From the IMG/VR virus record IMGVR_UViG_3300048881_000734, positions 5,116-69,115 of that record: a stretch of 64,000 nt of DNA. One strand, written 5' to 3'. The notes under the pieces are model-generated. The model was not told where the DNA came from and did not search any database. It worked only from the letters and a program-made list of their open reading frames with translations. Within the stretch, counting starts at the first letter, position 1, and each line of letters starts with the position of its first letter. Below are positions 59,896 through 64,000 of the stretch, piece by piece. The DNA comes from a virus (lineage: Duplodnaviria > Caudoviricetes). Both the position numbers and the translations under genes were made by a program.

Positions 59896-60600
59896 TTATC
59901 TGCGATTTTCTTTATATGCGCTGATTGTTTCGGGCCAAATTTCTTCTGCGATCTGTAGACACGCTTTAGCTAGCTGCTGTATCTCCCACTGGGCACCTTC
60001 GTGAATTCGAAGCTCAATAAATTTTAGAAGATTGTTGAGATTAACCGTGCCATAATACTCTGAATAGAGATTCTGGGGAAGCACTCCTCGCGCCTGCTCA
60101 CGACAAACTCCGTTCTTCATCAAGTCATTGTAGAGTCTTAAAGACAGTTGATGGTGCTGAGCTACGCAGTACGAAGCCGTCAGCCCGTAATCTGTATCAC
60201 TCAAGTCTGGAATTATGACTGGGTCAATTTTGTTTTTTAAATTGGAGGCTTGACGATTTGACTTGTGCTGTGTCCGAAATTCTTTTGGCTCGTAAAAGCG
60301 AATATCGACGTCTGTATATCGACGAGATATCTCGTTGTATGACCAAGTTCTATGCCGATGATGCTGGCTACGCACGAACAGAGGCACAATAAAGCGAAAC
60401 GTAATCACATTATGCTCGAAGGTGGATGTATGCTTGTGCTTGATAAGATATCTGATAAGCTTCTTATCTTTTTCGTCAAGCTCTGCCCGTGTTTTTCCAA
60501 ATGAAACTCGAGCGCTATTAACAATCGTTAAGTCGGTTCCCATGTGCTCCACATATTCAACGGCCCCAATGCCGTCGTCATAAAGCTCAATTCTCTTCAT
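59896..60600 (-). CDS. thyX: Flavin-dependent thymidylate synthase
   Basis: VNSARVSF, HTSTFEH, RSQHHRHRTWSYNEISRRY, REQARGVLP, AQWEI. Confidence 0.96.
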   Translation of the reverse strand: MKRIELYDDGIGAVEYVEHMGTDLTIVNSARVSFGKTRAELDEKDKKLIRYLIKHKHTSTFEHNVITFRFIVPLFVRSQHHRHRTWSYNEISRRYTDVDIRFYEPKEFRTQHKSNRQASNLKNKIDPVIIPDLSDTDYGLTASYCVAQHHQLSLRLYNDLMKNGVCREQARGVLPQNLYSEYYGTVNLNNLLKFIELRIHEGAQWEIQQLAKACLQIAEEIWPETISAYKENRR

Positions 60601-61032
60601 TCAGTACTCCATGTCTTTACGAATTTCTTCTTCACTCTTCGCTCTTTTATCTTCATACTCTTGCTTTACATTAATGATCGGGACCGGCTCACCGTCGCCA
60701 TCAATTCTCACAAACGTCATTTCAACGCTGCACACTGAACGTTGCGATCCGTTTACCACGCTATGCCGTCGAGCCTCAAGCTGAGTTGTGATTGAAGTCG
60801 TGCCAATCTTAATAACATCGCCGTAAATTTTAATGATTTGTCCGGGTCGGACCGGCTTATTGAAGACAACTTCTGATATACATTTCGTCACCATCCGAGG
60901 GGAGCCGCACACCTGCGCCGTGAATGCCGCGCCGGCTTCATCAAGCCACGAAAGCATGACGCCACCGAACAAGTTGCCATGTACCCCGATATTCTGCCCT
61001 TTACAGATATGTGTTGAAATAAGTTGCATCAT
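60601..61032 (-). CDS. Hotdog-fold acyl-CoA thioesterase
   Basis: HGNLFGGVMLSWLDEA, FNKPV, IGTTS. Confidence 0.9.
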   Translation of the reverse strand: MMQLISTHICKGQNIGVHGNLFGGVMLSWLDEAGAAFTAQVCGSPRMVTKCISEVVFNKPVRPGQIIKIYGDVIKIGTTSITTQLEARRHSVVNGSQRSVCSVEMTFVRIDGDGEPVPIINVKQEYEDKRAKSEEEIRKDMEY

Positions 61033-61038
61033 GTTCTT

Positions 61039-61066
61039 ACTCTAATTCTTACATGACAAATTTACA
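61039..61066 (-). promoter_or_regulatory. Class A promoter
   Basis: TGTAAA-N16-TAGAGT. Confidence 0.45.
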
Positions 61067-62059
61067 AAGCTGCAATACCACCTTATAGGGATCGCATCCT
61101 GACGAGGGTCGTCGATCTTCTAAATAACCCTTCCACCCATCTTCAACGACCGCTGTTGGAATCCTGACTGATGTGTCACGGGAGCCGACACCGTAAGTAA
61201 AGCTGCTCAAGCTTGCTGTTTCAAATCCACCAGTGAGGCGGAGGCCGTTATCTTCTCCATACTCAGAGATTGATTCAATGTGACGAGTCTCCATATTGGC
61301 TAATATTCTTTCAAACTCTTCCTCACCACCGGATTCTCGCATTAGCTTTGTGGAGAAATTAGTGTGGCAACCAGAACCATTCCACCCATCATGAGGCTTC
61401 GGATGCCACTCAACACCGATATCCAAATCTTCGCACATAAGCTCAAGTAGATATCGACTTACCCATAAAGAATCAGCGGCTGTAATTGGATTTTCCGCAA
61501 AACACTGGTATTCCCACTGACCGGGAGAAACCTCAGCGTTGTATCCCACAATCTGAATACCGATTCCGTTACAAAATGTTGCATGCTCTCGGACGAGTTT
61601 TTTATATTTTACGCTTCCGCCCGAAGAACAGTAGTATCGAGAATCCTTAATAGGCTCGCCCTGATCGGGCCAAAAAATATTTTTCCCGTTCGCGGTGAAG
61701 AAATACTCTTGCTCAAACCCTACCCAGATTTCCTCTTTTTCAGCTCCTGCAGTCATCACTTCACGGAGCTTTGCTCGATAGTTGGTCCTGTGCGGTGTTC
61801 GATCTGCGTCAGGTAGGCAAACCTCACACATGGCAACATAATGATTATCTGCAATTTGATACAACGCCTGGGGCCTGAGAATTCTTTCCGAATTAGCGGT
61901 CTCCGCTTGGCCGGTCGAAGATCCATCAAAATTCCACTCAGGTACATTTAATTCTACCTCACCCTTTTCATCGGGGGTCAATACAATTGCTTTTGTTTTT
62001 GAACGTATGGATGGGTGCTTAAACCCATCCACCCAAATATAATCCAGATGAACTAACAT
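61049..62059 (-). CDS. glnII: Glutamine synthetase, type II (short form)
   Basis: YIWVDG, WNFDGSSTGQA, GFEQEY, NAEVSPGQWEYQ, HPKP..WNGSGCHTNFS, GYLEDRRP. Confidence 0.93.
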   Translation of the reverse strand: MLVHLDYIWVDGFKHPSIRSKTKAIVLTPDEKGEVELNVPEWNFDGSSTGQAETANSERILRPQALYQIADNHYVAMCEVCLPDADRTPHRTNYRAKLREVMTAGAEKEEIWVGFEQEYFFTANGKNIFWPDQGEPIKDSRYYCSSGGSVKYKKLVREHATFCNGIGIQIVGYNAEVSPGQWEYQCFAENPITAADSLWVSRYLLELMCEDLDIGVEWHPKPHDGWNGSGCHTNFSTKLMRESGGEEEFERILANMETRHIESISEYGEDNGLRLTGGFETASLSSFTYGVGSRDTSVRIPTAVVEDGWKGYLEDRRPSSGCDPYKVVLQLCKFVM

Positions 62060-62974
62060 TTATCTCTCCTTGATTTCCTTTAGCATCTTCACAATGTCTA
62101 GATTTGCACAATCTATTTTTTTCGATGTCTGATGATAATGACTAACAAATCCCTCAAACTTTCCATTTCGTACTGATGACTCCTGTTCCCTACTCGTCAT
62201 AAAGTCTTCATCACCAGACTCTGGGGCCTCAAAAGGGATGTCATAAGCATTATGGCAGGCAGCCCAAAGAGCCTTCAGCGCCTGAAGTTGGACATCATAA
62301 AATCCAGTAAAATCGCTCATCTTCTTTCCGTGAATCTTTCCATCAGTTACAACGGGCCGTTCGCCAAATCCATGACTAACATACCAGCTTTGGTATTTTG
62401 TATAATAAGCATTACTAATCTCTACGCCGATGGCGCACCGATTAACGGTACCGGCGTGCCATGCGCCATGCTGTGTATCCAACATCTGATAAATGGTGCC
62501 ATCGTTGTCAATTAAAAAATGAACAGAAATTCCTCGTTTGTTCAAGACCTTCGCACATGATTCTGAACTTAAGCAAACATCCCAATGGTTGACGAACATG
62601 ATAGGCTCTCTATCTGGCTTTCCAGAATAATCGTAATACGTCCCAGCCTTCGACTTAAACCCATCATCTTCATCCCACAAAACAACCTTGGGCCAATCAA
62701 TCGTGGTGGGGTGCCCGTTACAAATAATGTAGCTTTGGTCCTTCTCCTTCGGACAAGTGTAGATGTAATCGCTTATTTCGGCATCCCTTTCGGTCCACAC
62801 CCTCCGGTAGGTGGCAGGTCCGCACAGCCCATCAGAAGTCAGGCCTCTTTCCTTCTGCCATTTTCTGATAGCACTCACAAGCTTCTCATCATGATGTCTC
62901 ACTCCAAACCACTCGGGTGTCCACCCTAGCGAATCAGCTGAGCTCTTATTATAGAAAACTTTATCAATAGCCAT
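62060..62974 (-). CDS. Endolysin: peptidoglycan-binding domain plus N-acetylmuramoyl-L-alanine amidase
   Basis: WQKERGLTSDGLCGPAT; VNHWD, VHFLIDNDGTIYQ, WHAG, IGVEI, SH. Confidence 0.88.
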   Translation of the reverse strand: MAIDKVFYNKSSADSLGWTPEWFGVRHHDEKLVSAIRKWQKERGLTSDGLCGPATYRRVWTERDAEISDYIYTCPKEKDQSYIICNGHPTTIDWPKVVLWDEDDGFKSKAGTYYDYSGKPDREPIMFVNHWDVCLSSESCAKVLNKRGISVHFLIDNDGTIYQMLDTQHGAWHAGTVNRCAIGVEISNAYYTKYQSWYVSHGFGERPVVTDGKIHGKKMSDFTGFYDVQLQALKALWAACHNAYDIPFEAPESGDEDFMTSREQESSVRNGKFEGFVSHYHQTSKKIDCANLDIVKMLKEIKER

Positions 62975-62982
62975 TTGTGTTC

Positions 62983-63585
62983 CTATCCGAAATCAATATC
63001 GACAGAAACCTTAATCGAAATCTTTGGAACACGAAGATGATTCGCCATCCCGTGCTTCTTCGTTTCTATTGCGTCTAAAAACCAGTCCGCATGTTTCTTC
63101 TTGTCGACTATCTTAAGAAAGTAGTCATCTTTCTTTCCGCAGTTTTGCGCCATCATCTGGTAAACGATTGTGTTTAGCCTATCTGCTTCTAAAGCGCTAG
63201 CCTTCAATTCTTCCACCTTGCCCATATCCATCGATGAAACATCGTGAATCATCAACGTTGCATTGGGATCCATGAATCGATACCCTTGAGTCCCAAACGA
63301 AAAAAGAATCGCACCACAGGACATCGCTTTCCCTTCAATGATCGTGGCAACTGGTAACTCAGAATGCTTAATAGCACTTATCATTGACATGAGGCTATAG
63401 ACTTGACCCCCATATGAATCAATCACAACGGGGATTACCTTTTGTCCCGTATTATGGGCGGTCGCCACTTCTAAAGCAAATTTCTTTGCTGACTCTTCGT
63501 CAAATTTATTCACCCTGATTATTATAGGTTGCTTTCTTAGTTCTACTTCTTTTATTTTGGGATCTATCTCAGATGTCCAATGCAT
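62983..63585 (-). CDS. clpP: ClpP-like protease subunit
   Basis: IDSYGG, AMSCG (Ser), MIHD (His), DWFL (Asp). Confidence 0.88.
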   Translation of the reverse strand: MHWTSEIDPKIKEVELRKQPIIIRVNKFDEESAKKFALEVATAHNTGQKVIPVVIDSYGGQVYSLMSMISAIKHSELPVATIIEGKAMSCGAILFSFGTQGYRFMDPNATLMIHDVSSMDMGKVEELKASALEADRLNTIVYQMMAQNCGKKDDYFLKIVDKKKHADWFLDAIETKKHGMANHLRVPKISIKVSVDIDFG

Positions 63586-63961
63586 TTTGCTTCCTCCTGT
63601 AGTCTTCTATTGCAGCTTTTATTGCATCTTCTGCTAAAACAGAACAATGAATCTTTACGGGCGGGAGACATAATTCTTCAGCAATTTCGATATTCTTGAT
63701 ATCAATAGCTTCTGTTAATGATTTTCCCTTCACCCATGTAGTTACTAAAGAACTCGATGCGATGGCGGACCCACACCCAAATGTCTTAAATTTTGCATCT
63801 TCAATCACGCCGCTGTCATTAATCTTTAATTGAAGCTTCATGACATCCCCGCACGCCGGGGCACCTACAACGCCAGTTCCGACTGCGTTGTCAGACTTAT
63901 CTAACGACCCAACATTTTGTGGATTTTCGAAATGATCGATTACTTTTTCTGAATACGCCAT
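63569..63961 (-). CDS. iscU: Fe-S cluster scaffold IscU
   Basis: YSEKVIDHFENP, GAPACGDVM, FGCGSAIASSS, LPPVKIHCSVLAEDA. Confidence 0.96.
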   Translation of the reverse strand: MAYSEKVIDHFENPQNVGSLDKSDNAVGTGVVGAPACGDVMKLQLKINDSGVIEDAKFKTFGCGSAIASSSLVTTWVKGKSLTEAIDIKNIEIAEELCLPPVKIHCSVLAEDAIKAAIEDYRRKQNALDI

Positions 63962-63970
63962 CTTATCTCC

Positions 63971-64000
63971 TCACCCGCATTTCGCCATACCGCAATTCAA
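63971..64000 (-). CDS. C-terminal end of a gene cut by the window edge (possibly a class II ribonucleotide reductase)
   Basis: ...LNCGMAKCG* resembles the terminal Cys motif of NrdJ; only 9 codons visible. Confidence 0.3.
   Translation of the reverse strand: MNCGMAKCG

Noticed and set aside
7514-63585. Long opposite-strand or alternate-frame ORFs (e.g. 7514..7999, 9338..10087, 29092..29667, 30794..31237, 57373..57909)
   Set aside because: They shadow recognisable genes and have no motifs or SD sites.
1-64000. Stop-codon reassignment, as seen in some huge phages
   Set aside because: Recognisable genes (dnaK, dnaE, groEL, glf, thyX) are full length in the standard code, and TAA, TAG and TGA all serve as true stops.
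1-64000. Cellular chromosome origin
   Set aside because: Housekeeping homologs lack their operon partners (no grpE, groES, iscS, clpX, ribosomal proteins) and sit among phage-type orphans, an endolysin and a dCMP-modifying enzyme. Phage origin remains an inference because no head or packaging gene is in the window.

Overview
This window looks like part of a very large tailed-phage (jumbo/mega-phage) genome, not a cellular chromosome. That is an inference: no capsid, portal or terminase gene lies inside the window. The support is dense, mostly minus-strand, abutting ORFs, many small orphans, an endolysin, a phage-type cytosine-modification block, two recurring promoter classes and scattered host-like genes without their operons. 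Layout: 0-6 kb holds seven tRNA genes (one an odd long-variable-arm tRNA with a GUU anticodon), a ~650-nt ORF-free structured RNA candidate, dnaK and a minimal tilS. 7-25 kb holds effector-like enzymes (CCA-adding enzyme, two ADP-ribosyltransferase-like, two GNAT, two HAD, Ntn-hydrolase, P-loop kinase, HD alarmone hydrolase), a tmRNA and a tubulin/FtsZ-family gene. At least 11 of these genes carry a shared helical peptide (LLREYIRxxLxE) either at the N-terminus or between domains. 25-34 kb holds small orphans, def, a sigma-70 factor, groEL and a 5'-3' exonuclease. 34-46 kb holds acidic, probably virion-associated proteins, including a pseudo-SOD. 46-64 kb holds nucleotide metabolism and replication genes. 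The two strongest leads are: (1) a pathway that appears to replace cytosine with 5-(hydroxy)methylcytosine and decorate it with a furanose sugar (dCMP-specific ThyA homolog, dNMP kinase, T4 beta-glucosyltransferase-like enzyme, NDP-sugar epimerase and UDP-galactopyranose mutase, with a dCTPase-like enzyme, ThyX and an MBD4-like glycosylase nearby, and a family-C polymerase as replicase); (2) a candidate capsid-targeting/protease-cleavage peptide tag that marks, and splits into polyprotein units, a cargo of host-takeover enzymes. All family assignments come from motif recognition by eye; no database searches were run. Standard genetic code throughout. Strong GGAG Shine-Dalgarno sites argue against a Bacteroidota host (inference).
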